From positions 1 through 46,204 of the IMG/VR virus record IMGVR_UViG_3300037692_000185: 46,204 nucleotides of DNA, one strand, 5' to 3'. Positions 33,420 through 41,058 of the stretch are shown here, piece by piece; the first letter of the stretch is position 1, and each line of letters begins with the position of its first letter. The notes under the pieces are model-generated. The model had not been told where the DNA came from. It did not search any database and was given only the letters and a program-made list of their open reading frames with translations. Origin of the DNA: a virus (Duplodnaviria > Caudoviricetes). The translations under genes were made by a program, and so were the position numbers.

Positions 33420-34973
33420 TCACGCGGCGCGGGGGAGGGTGTCGTAGAGGTGCCGGAGCCAGGCGAGGGTTGGGTTCCAACTCGGTGTGAGAAGGTCCAC
33501 CAACCCATTATCCGACCCTCCGACGACAGGTAAAGTATAGAACGACAAGCACGTTGAGGGGGTTCCAACTTGCCCGTCGCGGAACGTGAGCCCGGTTGGA
33601 AAAAACGCCCACTGCACGGCGATCCGGTGCTCGATCGTGTCGGCCGCGGTCCACAACGCGGCGGCGTGCTCGAGCGCGTGTTCCGCGAACGCCAGCAACC
33701 CCTCGACGTCGATCGCCTCGGTCTCGAACTCGGTGGCGTCGATGCGCGCGACGGCGACTGCCTCGCGGAGCTCGTCACGCTGCCGGCGGTACGTGACCTC
33801 GTCGATCGTCCGCGCGAACAGGAATGCCTCCTCTACCCGCGCGAGCTTCGCCTCGACGTCGCTGAGGCGCCGGCGGGCGGCCGTGTGTGCGGCGGTCGCC
33901 TGCTGCTTCGACGCCCGCCAGGTCTCGAGCACCGCGGCCCGCAACACGCGCCAGTACTCCGGCCGCGGGCGCAGCGCCTCGAGCAGCTCGAGGAACTGTT
34001 CCTCCAGCTTCCCCTTCGTGATGCTCGCGCAGCCCCGCTTGCAGTGATAGAACGGATACCGTCCGCCGCGGCGGCCGCGGGACCAGCTCCCGCTGAGCGC
34101 GGCGCCGCACGTACCGCAGCGCACGAACCGCCGCAGGGGAAAGTCCGGATGGTTCACGTGCTTGTCGGCCGCGGCGGCGCGATGCGGGCGCTCGAGCTGC
34201 GCCTGGACCTGGCCCCAGACCTCGTCGGTGACGAGCGGTGTGAAGTCGCCCTGGACGGCTGCGCCCCACGCCTGGTGGTGCACGCGTCCGGCATAGACCG
34301 ACTGGCGCAGCATCTCGTAGAGACGGCTGCTCGAGAGCGGGTGGCCGTGCTTGGTGCGCAGGCCGAGCGCGCTGATGTGCGCCAGGAGGGCGCGGCCCTT
34401 GACGCCGCGGGCGCAGAGCGCGAACGCCTCGCGCACGGCCGGTGCGCGTTCGGGATCGGGCACGAGGCTCGGGCCCCGGCGCGGGTCGGCGTTCAGATAG
34501 CCGAGCGGCGCGGGCCAGACCCAGCGGCCGCGCTCGACGGCGGCCTTCATGCCGGCCGTCACGCGCTCGGCGCGGACATCGTTGTCAAACTGCGCCATCG
34601 CCGCCAGGATGCCCTCCATGAGGCGCCCGGACGGCGAGTCGTCGATCGGTTCGGTCACCGATCGCAGCGCGATGCCGAGGCCCCGCAGGAGGCTGGCGAT
34701 GGCATGGTGGTCGGCGCTGTTGCGTGAGAATCGGGTGAGCGAGTAGACGACGACGGCGTGCAGGCGGCCGCGACTGTGGCGGCAGGACTCGAGGAGGCGT
34801 AGGAATTCGGGCCGGTCCGTCGTCTTCGCCGACTCGCCGGCGTCGACGAACACCTGGTCGATGGTGTACCCGTGCCGGGCGCAGTAGTCGCGGCAGGCTT
34901 TCTCCTGCGTCGGCAGGCTCAGGTTCTGGGCCTGCTCGGTCGTCGAGACGCGACAGTAGATGACAGCGTTCAT
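33420..34973 (-). CDS. Large serine recombinase (integrase)
   Basis: YCRVST catalytic Ser, DAGESAKTTDRP, LTRFSRN, recombinase domain APLGY, zinc ribbon CGTCG...YHC...C, coiled coil. Confidence 0.96.
   Translation of the reverse strand: MNAVIYCRVSTTEQAQNLSLPTQEKACRDYCARHGYTIDQVFVDAGESAKTTDRPEFLRLLESCRHSRGRLHAVVVYSLTRFSRNSADHHAIASLLRGLGIALRSVTEPIDDSPSGRLMEGILAAMAQFDNDVRAERVTAGMKAAVERGRWVWPAPLGYLNADPRRGPSLVPDPERAPAVREAFALCARGVKGRALLAHISALGLRTKHGHPLSSSRLYEMLRQSVYAGRVHHQAWGAAVQGDFTPLVTDEVWGQVQAQLERPHRAAAADKHVNHPDFPLRRFVRCGTCGAALSGSWSRGRRGGRYPFYHCKRGCASITKGKLEEQFLELLEALRPRPEYWRVLRAAVLETWRASKQQATAAHTAARRRLSDVEAKLARVEEAFLFARTIDEVTYRRQRDELREAVAVARIDATEFETEAIDVEGLLAFAEHALEHAAALWTAADTIEHRIAVQWAFFPTGLTFRDGQVGTPSTCLSFYTLPVVGGSDNGLVDLLTPSWNPTLAWLRHLYDTLPRAA
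33467..33506. other. Candidate attP inside the integrase 3' end
   Basis: GGGTTGG...CCAACCC inverted arms with inner CTC/GAG symmetry; includes GGTCCACCA, which resembles a tRNA 3' end. Confidence 0.45.
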
Positions 34974-34991
34974 GGACGTCGGGGTTGATTG

Positions 34992-34997
34992 ATTATA
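34992..34997 (-). promoter_or_regulatory. Perfect -10 box TATAAT upstream of the integrase
   Basis: Lies 18 nt upstream of the integrase ATG; the expected -35 (35015-35020) falls inside palindrome copy 5. Confidence 0.65.
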
Positions 34998-35006
34998 GGC
35001 CCACCG

Positions 35007-35024
35007 AGTGCAGACGTCTGCACT
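35007..35024. repeat. Palindrome copy 5 (18-bp perfect AGTGCAGACGTCTGCACT)
   Basis: Core at 35008-35023, in the intergenic region upstream of the integrase. Confidence 0.95.
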
Positions 35025-35037
35025 GGATGCTCGCGCG

Positions 35038-35280
35038 TTATCCCCACCCCTTCTCGGTCATCGCGGCCTTCCACTGGTCGCCCTCGTCGAGCAGCGCGCC
35101 GTCGTCCCGGAACACCTGGCTCCGCACCAGGTCGCCGTTGATGGTGAGCCGCAGCTCGAGGCCGAGCGGGTGCGTGACGATTACGGCCCTCGCCCGGCGG
35201 TTGTTTCCCTTCTTCAGCGCGAAGAGTTCGGCGAGCTCGCGCAGTGTGCCGTCCCACTCCGTGCGGGTGAAGATTCTCAT
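35038..35280 (-). CDS. Small hypothetical protein
   Basis: 80 aa, HPLGLELRL...SQVFR...WKAAMTEKGW; ATGA coupling. Confidence 0.75.
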   Translation of the reverse strand: MRIFTRTEWDGTLRELAELFALKKGNNRRARAVIVTHPLGLELRLTINGDLVRSQVFRDDGALLDEGDQWKAAMTEKGWG

Positions 35281-35906
35281 CGACCGTAGTAGATGTCCGT
35301 AGCTTGCTGAAGGGACTCGTCGGCCTTTCTCCAGATGTACTGCACCGCGTCCCCTGGCATCGCCTTGTAAAGCGCTCCAGTGTATTGGACCTTCCTGTCG
35401 ACGATCGGGATTCCGTATCGCTGGGCGATGTCGAGGATAGGCTCGGGGTTCCCTCCGTCCTTGAAGGAGAAAGGGATCTCACCTTTCCATATGTCGTCCG
35501 ACGCGCTGATCTTCATCGACCAAATCGTCGAGCTCGTGTGGTAATGGTCAAACACCTCTTGGAACGCCGCGAGCAGCTTCACGTCGGCGTCTGTGAGCTT
35601 CTGGTCCTTCGCGATGGCGTTCTCGGTCGCGAATGCCTGAAGCAGTTCGCTGAATCGCTGGTGGGTGACGCCTGACGCCACCGCGCCTTGAATGGCCTTC
35701 GCGGATCGATAGACGGGTTCAAATGTCGATTTCGTGATGGCTGGCGGCGCGGGGACCGGTGTACTGGCCGGCGGGGTGCTGGCCGTCGTCGTGGTGGCTT
35801 TGGGAGTTGGCCCAGAGCAGGCCGCCGCCATAAGCGAGACGGCCATCGCAACGAGCGCGGCGCGTCGGCGCCCCGGTGTTGTGACGATTGGCGGTGTCGC
35901 TTCCAT
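35277..35906 (-). CDS. Lipoprotein in the repressor operon (possible superinfection exclusion)
   Basis: RRR plus hydrophobic stretch plus lipobox AAA-C, then a Thr/Pro linker; SD GGAAGG. Confidence 0.75.
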   Translation of the reverse strand: MEATPPIVTTPGRRRAALVAMAVSLMAAACSGPTPKATTTTASTPPASTPVPAPPAITKSTFEPVYRSAKAIQGAVASGVTHQRFSELLQAFATENAIAKDQKLTDADVKLLAAFQEVFDHYHTSSTIWSMKISASDDIWKGEIPFSFKDGGNPEPILDIAQRYGIPIVDRKVQYTGALYKAMPGDAVQYIWRKADESLQQATDIYYGR

Positions 35907-35913
35907 TTATCAT

Positions 35914-36480
35914 CTACCTTCCTTCTTCGTCCGTTCCTGTTCGATCAGACGGTCCACGACTCTCTCGATCATCATCATCAGGCCAGGGCGGAGCAGTGCT
36001 AGGAGTTGGAGCTTGTCGCCCAAGGAGCGTTGCCGCGGCGCGCGAGACCTGCTCGCCGAGGTCGAAGAGGACGGCAGCGACATCGATAACATCTTCGATT
36101 GGGACGGACGGTCGTTCCGAGCGACGAGCCGGAGCTTGGACACCGGGATCCTCCTTCGTTTGTAGAAAGTGAGGATCTGACAATGGTGCCGCCCCCTGAC
36201 GGATGAGGTCATCCGCGCCTGGGAATTCGAGTGCAGCGACGAGGAGCTGAACGACGATGGGCACGGGCACGCCGTAGACGCGGCTTAGCGCGGCCAGTAA
36301 CGGCCAGCTCGGCACCCTCCCTTGTTCGATTTTATAGAGCAACGACTGGTCGACTTTCAAACCGGTCGCTTGAACAAGCGGCCGGACGCGCTGCGCGATC
36401 TGCTCCAGTGTCCGGTCTCCACGCTGTAACTGCAACCATTGACCCAACTTAGGGCTCTTGACTGGCGGCTGCTTTGCCAC
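35914..36480 (-). CDS. XRE-family immunity repressor (CI-like, no S24 peptidase domain)
   Basis: LGQWLQLQRGDRTLEQIA...VDQSLLYKIEQGRVPS..LLAALSRVYGV; divergent from the cro-like gene. Start uncertain (GTG at 36480 or 36510). Confidence 0.8.
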   Translation of the reverse strand: MAKQPPVKSPKLGQWLQLQRGDRTLEQIAQRVRPLVQATGLKVDQSLLYKIEQGRVPSWPLLAALSRVYGVPVPIVVQLLVAALEFPGADDLIRQGAAPLSDPHFLQTKEDPGVQAPARRSERPSVPIEDVIDVAAVLFDLGEQVSRAAATLLGRQAPTPSTAPPWPDDDDRESRGPSDRTGTDEEGR

Positions 36481-36540
36481 GATGGCTGGTAGCGTACTCG
36501 TGGCCGTCACTCTAATTGTCCATCTTGTCAAAAAAAACTC

Positions 36541-36579
36541 TTGACGACATGGAAAACTGAGGCGTAGTCTATTTTCCAT
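36541..36579 (+). promoter_or_regulatory. Rightward lytic promoter TTGACG-18bp-TAGTCT with overlapping inverted repeat ATGGAAAA-N15-TTTTCCAT
   Basis: AT-rich divergent gap; repeat arms at 36549-36556 and 36572-36579; a back-to-back TTGACA on the minus strand at 36531-36526. Confidence 0.7.
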
Positions 36580-36580
36580 C

Positions 36581-36844
36581 GTGGCAAATGCAAGGCCGAG
36601 AGCTCGCTGGAAGGTCGACCGGATCACCGCAGACATGGCGCTGCGGCGGTGGAACACGGCGGCGCTCGCTAGAAACGCTGGGATCTCCTACAAGACCGCG
36701 GACCGTTTCCTGCGCGGCGAAATTCAGACTCCCAAAACCGCCGGGTGTATTGCGGATGCCCTTGGGTACTCCGTGCGTCGGTACTTCTCGCATGTGGAAG
36801 CGGTTGAGTCGGAGTCGGGCGCGCGGTTTGAGAAGGCTGTGTGA
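36581..36844 (+). CDS. Cro-like HTH protein
   Basis: TAALARNAGISYKTADRFLRG...IADALG; first rightward gene after the switch. Confidence 0.82.
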   Translation: MANARPRARWKVDRITADMALRRWNTAALARNAGISYKTADRFLRGEIQTPKTAGCIADALGYSVRRYFSHVEAVESESGARFEKAV

Positions 36845-36845
36845 C

Positions 36846-37220
36846 ATGCGAACAAGTGTGCAGCATGGCTTCGGCCCGATGGAACTTGAGAGAGTTGGGA
36901 CGGCGTCCCCAACGCTCCCCAACTCAGTTGGGGATTGGCGACTGCTCGTCGCTCGCGCGCTCGGCCGAGCGGGTATCAGTCAGAAAGCGGCCGCGGCCGA
37001 TCTGGGGCTGACACCGCAGGCGCTCTCCCGACAGTTGGCCGGCATGGAGCATCTGTCGTTCTGGCGGATGTATGCGCTTTCTCCGGAGTTCTGGCGCGAG
37101 CTCGTCGCGCTCATCTGTGAATTCCACGACATCGCGATCGGGCAGACGGTTCAGGACCGCACCGATGCGGAGATCGGCCGTCTGGTGCGTGAGGCTGTGA
37201 CGAAAGCGGTGGCCCGGTGA
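36846..37220 (+). CDS. CII-like HTH protein
   Basis: ISQKAAAADLGLTPQALSRQLAG; directly after the cro-like gene. Confidence 0.7.
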   Translation: MRTSVQHGFGPMELERVGTASPTLPNSVGDWRLLVARALGRAGISQKAAAADLGLTPQALSRQLAGMEHLSFWRMYALSPEFWRELVALICEFHDIAIGQTVQDRTDAEIGRLVREAVTKAVAR

Positions 37221-37423
37221 GGGCGCCGCGCACGCTTCACCTCGCGTTGAAGACCTGCGACCTCGTGCCTATCGTCGCGCGCTCCTGGTCGCAGGACACG
37301 ATCAAGGTCCCCTGCTACGACGTCAATCGCGCTGACCGCACGTGCTTCCTGACGATGTCGCTGCCGGAGGCGCGATTGTTCCTGTCGGAGTTGCAGGCTC
37401 GTGTCGAGGCGGTGCCGCGGTGA
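37217..37423 (+). CDS. Hypothetical early protein
   Basis: GTGA-coupled 68-aa ORF. Confidence 0.55.
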   Translation: MRAPRTLHLALKTCDLVPIVARSWSQDTIKVPCYDVNRADRTCFLTMSLPEARLFLSELQARVEAVPR

Positions 37424-37638
37424 CGGATTCCCCTGTGCGCTTCGCCTGGCTCGTGCTTGATTCCTGGGCCGGTCGCACGAGGACGGAGGTCGAGGTCCTC
37501 GAGCTCGGCGCACGCGTGTTGATCCGCGCGATCGATGACACGAAGCTCGCCGGACGATGCCGCACGCTGCGGCGCGATGAGACCGCGCGGGTCCCGATCG
37601 GCGCGCTGGTGTTCCAGCCGCAGGCGGTGACGCGGTGA
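37420..37638 (+). CDS. Hypothetical early protein
   Basis: GTGA-coupled; LDSWAGRTRTEVEV. Confidence 0.6.
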   Translation: MTDSPVRFAWLVLDSWAGRTRTEVEVLELGARVLIRAIDDTKLAGRCRTLRRDETARVPIGALVFQPQAVTR

Positions 37639-37760
37639 GCGGCTGGCTCTACGTCCACGGGCCTTCGATTCTGCTCGGCGCCGTCCTGGCGGCGATCGTG
37701 TGCGGCGTCGCGTTCTTCGCGTTCGTGCGCCGCGCCGCCGATCCGAGGTGGCGCCGGTGA
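37635..37760 (+). CDS. 41-aa single-TM peptide (not in the ORF track)
   Basis: MSGWLYVHGPSILLGAVLAAIVCGVAFFAFVRRAADPRWRR; overlaps the stop and start on both sides. Confidence 0.6.
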   Translation: MSGWLYVHGPSILLGAVLAAIVCGVAFFAFVRRAADPRWRR

Positions 37761-37945
37761 TGTCACTCGAGGAGGTCCGCGCGTTGCTCGGCCCGGCGGC
37801 CGACGGGAAGTCGGACGCGGAGATCGACGCGATCCGCGAGGACGTGTTCGGGTTCGCTCGCGTGATCTTTGACTCGTGGCGGCACCGTCATCGCGCCACA
37901 GCGGCGGCGGCGGCGGCAGACAACAAGGATCGGAGGACCGCGTGA
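37760..37945 (+). CDS. Small helical protein; candidate recombination directionality factor
   Basis: MSLEEVRALLG...SDAEIDAIREDVFGFARVIFDSW; SD GAGGTG. The function is an inference. Confidence 0.55.
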   Translation: MSLEEVRALLGPAADGKSDAEIDAIREDVFGFARVIFDSWRHRHRATAAAAAADNKDRRTA

Positions 37946-38178
37946 GGTTGCTGGGGCGGATCGTCGCGTTTCCGGTGCGTCAGGAGTTTTGCTCGGCGTG
38001 CTGTCGGCCGACGTCGACGCATCGCGTGAACGGTCGCTGGGTCGGCTGCTCGCGCGACATCGTGATCGGCCGCGACGTCGCCACGTTCGACAAGTGGCTG
38101 CGCGTCGCGGCGCTGCAGCCGCGCGTGGTGAAGGTGCAGCCGTTCGGGATCGGAGCGGGTGATGGACCCCGGCGCTGA
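37942..38178 (+). CDS. Hypothetical early protein
   Basis: GTGA-coupled, SD GGAGG, CxxC...H...C. Confidence 0.5.
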   Translation: MRLLGRIVAFPVRQEFCSACCRPTSTHRVNGRWVGCSRDIVIGRDVATFDKWLRVAALQPRVVKVQPFGIGAGDGPRR

Positions 38179-38578
38179 CCTCCTCGCGCTGCTCGGCGTG
38201 CTCGAGACGCTGAAGAAGCAGCACCGTGCGGGACTGTCGCCCACCTTTGGGCAGGTCGAGGACCTGTTCCAGTACGCCGACCAGGTGCGCGGCGGGTCTC
38301 CGATCCCGGGCTGGGGCGCCACGGCGCCGGACGTCGAGCGCGACCAGCGTGACGTGCTCGAGGCGCTGCGCGCGGCGCCCGACCAGGCCGTCGCGCGCGA
38401 GCTCGAGATGCAGGCGCTCGCCCGACGACTCCAGGAAGAGAACGCGGCGCTGCGCGCGCGGCTCCACGGCGTCTCGGACCAGCTCGCACTCGTCGTGAGG
38501 AATTGCTCGTCGGCGCCTGATGTGCCGGCGCAGGGGTTCTGCGCCCGGCCGGACACGATCTCTCTGGGGAGGCTGTGA
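38162..38578 (+). CDS. Hypothetical protein with coiled coil
   Basis: LARRLQEENAALRARL. Confidence 0.6.
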   Translation: MDPGADLLALLGVLETLKKQHRAGLSPTFGQVEDLFQYADQVRGGSPIPGWGATAPDVERDQRDVLEALRAAPDQAVARELEMQALARRLQEENAALRARLHGVSDQLALVVRNCSSAPDVPAQGFCARPDTISLGRL

Positions 38579-38724
38579 TGACTGGAGAGCATGACGAGCT
38601 GGACGATCCGATGGCGACGATGGCGGCGGCGATCTGCATTGGCCTGCTGGTCGGCGCGGGACTGCTCGCGCTGATCGTGGTGGCGATCCAGTGGGTGCGT
38701 GCCGGGTTGGTGATCAATGGCTGA
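38578..38724 (+). CDS. 48-aa single-TM peptide (not in the ORF track)
   Basis: TGATG coupling; AAAICIGLLVGAGLLALIVVAI. Confidence 0.55.
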   Translation: MTGEHDELDDPMATMAAAICIGLLVGAGLLALIVVAIQWVRAGLVING

Positions 38725-39034
38725 CCAGAAGCTCTGCACGACAGACGGCCGGTCCGTCGAGGACGTGCGGGCCGGCCAGACGAACCGGACGGGTCAGCAC
38801 GACGGTTACATCGTGCTGTGTCCAGACGAGCGCGCGAAGGGCTTTGTGCGGCCCTACCGCGACAGCTACCGGCACGGCGCCTGCGGGACGGTCACGACGA
38901 TGGGCCGTGCGCTCTCTGAGACATACGCCCGCGACCCCACGTTCTACGGCGCAACGTTCTGCTGCCACTGTAATCGACACCTGCCAGTCGCGGAGTTCGT
39001 CTGGACGGCTGACGGTCAGGTGGTGGGGTCGTGA
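38717..39034 (+). CDS. Conserved phage zinc-binding hypothetical protein
   Basis: ERAKGFVRP.R.SY.H..CG...ETYARDP.FYGATFC..C. Confidence 0.75.
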   Translation: MADQKLCTTDGRSVEDVRAGQTNRTGQHDGYIVLCPDERAKGFVRPYRDSYRHGACGTVTTMGRALSETYARDPTFYGATFCCHCNRHLPVAEFVWTADGQVVGS

Positions 39035-39288
39035 AGAACGAGCACATCGTCTGGGCCTACGCCGAGCGGGAAGACGGGGAAGGCTCGGTGGTCATCCTGG
39101 GTATCACGGACGCCGGGCTCGACTTGCTGCGGGCCGGTGAGGGCACCGCGAAGAAGACGCTGCTCGCGAATCCGCCCGGCCGTGGGTTCGCGAACGTGAC
39201 GCAGCTCGTGATCTTCCACGAGAAGGACAAGGCCACGCTGAAGCGACGGCTGCGTGAGTCCGGACTCGTCGTCTCAGAGGTGAATTGA
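39031..39288 (+). CDS. Hypothetical early protein
   Basis: GTGA-coupled 85-aa ORF. Confidence 0.6.
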   Translation: MKNEHIVWAYAEREDGEGSVVILGITDAGLDLLRAGEGTAKKTLLANPPGRGFANVTQLVIFHEKDKATLKRRLRESGLVVSEVN

Positions 39289-39328
39289 CTGGATTCCCAG
39301 AAACCGGCGCTCAAAGGATGGTGACGTG

Positions 39329-39604
39329 ATGGATGAACACTTCCGGCTACTCGGCTTCGCGGTTCGCGACGTGGTGACTGGCTTCACCGGCGTGGTCACG
39401 TCGATCAGTTTCGATCTGTACGGGTGCGTGCAGGCGATTGTGTCGCCCGGGTGTGACGAGAAAGGGAAATTGGACGAGGGCCGCTGGTTCGATACCAAGC
39501 GCCTTGTCGCGACGAGTGATGAGCCGGTGATGGCCGTGCCGTCGTTCGTCGCTGTGCCCGGCGGCCAGTCGTTGCCGACGTTTCCGTCAAAACCAACGCG
39601 GTGA
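39329..39604 (+). CDS. Conserved phage hypothetical protein (small beta fold)
   Basis: VRDVVTGFTGVVTSISFDLYGC...WFDTKRL. Confidence 0.7.
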   Translation: MDEHFRLLGFAVRDVVTGFTGVVTSISFDLYGCVQAIVSPGCDEKGKLDEGRWFDTKRLVATSDEPVMAVPSFVAVPGGQSLPTFPSKPTR

Positions 39605-39621
39605 ACTCGGGACGTGATCTT

Positions 39622-40113
39622 ATGGCGAAACGAAGTGTCAGCCGCGCGAACGGGCGGGCGTCTGGTCCCGCCGTTCAGTCCTCCTCTTTCGACAGTAGCT
39701 GCGTCTCAGTCGTCCGGGCTCAGGCGTGTGGCAGGTTGGCGGCGCTCGACGCTGAGCGCGCCGACCTGCAGGCGCTGCTCGCGGGCCTCGATCGGTTGTG
39801 CGGCCCGCCGGCAGCGGCGGATCGTCCACGGCCGCCTTCTCGTGTCGTCGTCGACGCCGGCGGGCCGATTCCAGCGCTGACCACGAGGCCGGTGACGTCC
39901 GACGACTCCCTGCCCTCGTGGGTGAAGCTCGACGCGATCCGCGCCGCGCTGAAGGAGGGCCCGGCGCCGGTGTGCTAGTTCGTGGCGAAGACGAAGCTGT
40001 CGCGCTACCAGGTGAAGCTCCTGCTCGACCTTGGGTTCATCGTGGCGACCGGCCGGACGAGTGCACGCCGGCTGTCGCTGCCAGGCGCGCCGACGCCGAA
40101 GGAGGAGCCCTGA
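39622..40113 (+). pseudogene. Coiled-coil plus winged-helix protein interrupted by an in-frame TAG at 39976-39978
   Basis: The frame continues after TAG as FVAKTKLSRYQVKLLLDLGFIVATGRTSARRLSLPGAPTPKEEP, completing a wHTH-like pattern. Confidence 0.6.
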
Positions 40114-40361
40114 CGCGGCGGGCGCGCTCGAGCGCGAAGAGGGCGCCCGGCTCCAGCGCATCGCCGCCGCGGCGCCACCGGCGTCGAGCTTCGATGGGCG
40201 GCTGCAGCGGTGGCGCGATGAGCGCGAGCAGCTCGAGACGGTCTGGGACGGCTCGATGAAGACGCCCCTGACGGATGGCCACGGGCTGATCGGATCGTCG
40301 CTGGCGCCGGGGTCCGGGCTGTTGCTGCGGTAACCAGCTTTCGGGTGAGGAGGTTGAAGCC

Positions 40362-40604
40362 ATGGACGTACTTTCGGTGTTCGTCGAGCGGTACCCGATC
40401 CTGATCGTTGTCGTCGCGGGCGCCGTGCTGGCAGCCATCACGTGGCTCCTGGACCTGCGCGCGTCCCGTGCCGAGCGGCGGGAGATTGCGGCGAGGGCGC
40501 GGCGCGCCGCGGACCTCCGGCGCCGGCTGGCCGACGATAGCGGCCAGCGCACTCGGGCCCGACGCGTTGTTGAGGCCGACCGCCGGCTGTGGGACCGCCG
40601 ATGA
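40362..40604 (+). CDS. Single-TM protein with basic tail
   Basis: SD GAGGAGG; ILIVVVAGAVLAAITWLL. Confidence 0.7.
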   Translation: MDVLSVFVERYPILIVVVAGAVLAAITWLLDLRASRAERREIAARARRAADLRRRLADDSGQRTRARRVVEADRRLWDRR

Positions 40605-40813
40605 GCGTCCTCCGCCGCCTGCGCTGTCGGCTGAATGGTGGTCATCTCCCTGTCAGGGTGGCTGGGGCCGGGACGCTGACCGAGCGGTGCTTCGCCTGCG
40701 GTGCCATCCTGACGCCCGGGTGGGACTGGAGCGAAGCGGTCCGCCGCTTCCAGGCCCGTCGGGTGCGCGCCCGGCGGCGTCGTGCCGTGCGGCGCCTGCG
40801 GCGGGTCGCATGA
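40601..40813 (+). CDS. Small basic zinc-binding hypothetical protein
   Basis: C....GH...CFACG; ATGA-coupled. Confidence 0.55.
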   Translation: MSVLRRLRCRLNGGHLPVRVAGAGTLTERCFACGAILTPGWDWSEAVRRFQARRVRARRRRAVRRLRRVA

Positions 40814-41058
40814 GCGTCCACGTCACGCCGGCCCTGGCTGAACGGCTGCGCGCGATGGTGCTCGCCCACTGCGGCGGCCAGGTGCGTGTGTTCACGTGCG
40901 AGTTCCGGCCCGGTGGGCGCACGCACGGGGTCGGCGTGGCTTCGGATTTGTGGTGTGTCAACTGCGGTCACTCGCGCATGTGGCACGACGTCGCGATCGC
41001 GGCGGCGCTGGTCGTCGAGCGCGAGGCGCGGCCGCCTCTTCTCCGTGAGGTGTCATGA
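40810..41058 (+). CDS. Small Cys/His hypothetical protein
   Basis: C..F...CVNCGH...H; ATGA-coupled. Confidence 0.55.
   Translation: MSVHVTPALAERLRAMVLAHCGGQVRVFTCEFRPGGRTHGVGVASDLWCVNCGHSRMWHDVAIAAALVVEREARPPLLREVS

Noticed and set aside
33472-33502. GGTTC...CCACCA read as a tRNA gene
   Set aside because: Spacing from GTTC to CCA is 29 nt, not about 24, and no cloverleaf forms upstream. Kept only as an att-core hint.
33402-35024. Palindromes flanking the integrase read as terminal inverted repeats of a transposon/IS
   Set aside because: The same motif occurs at four other sites, no target duplication is visible, and the enzyme is a phage-type large serine integrase.
39976-39978. Genome-wide TAG recoding
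   Set aside because: TAG is a genuine stop for terS, tail tube, tail fibre, endolysin and others, and no suppressor tRNA is seen.
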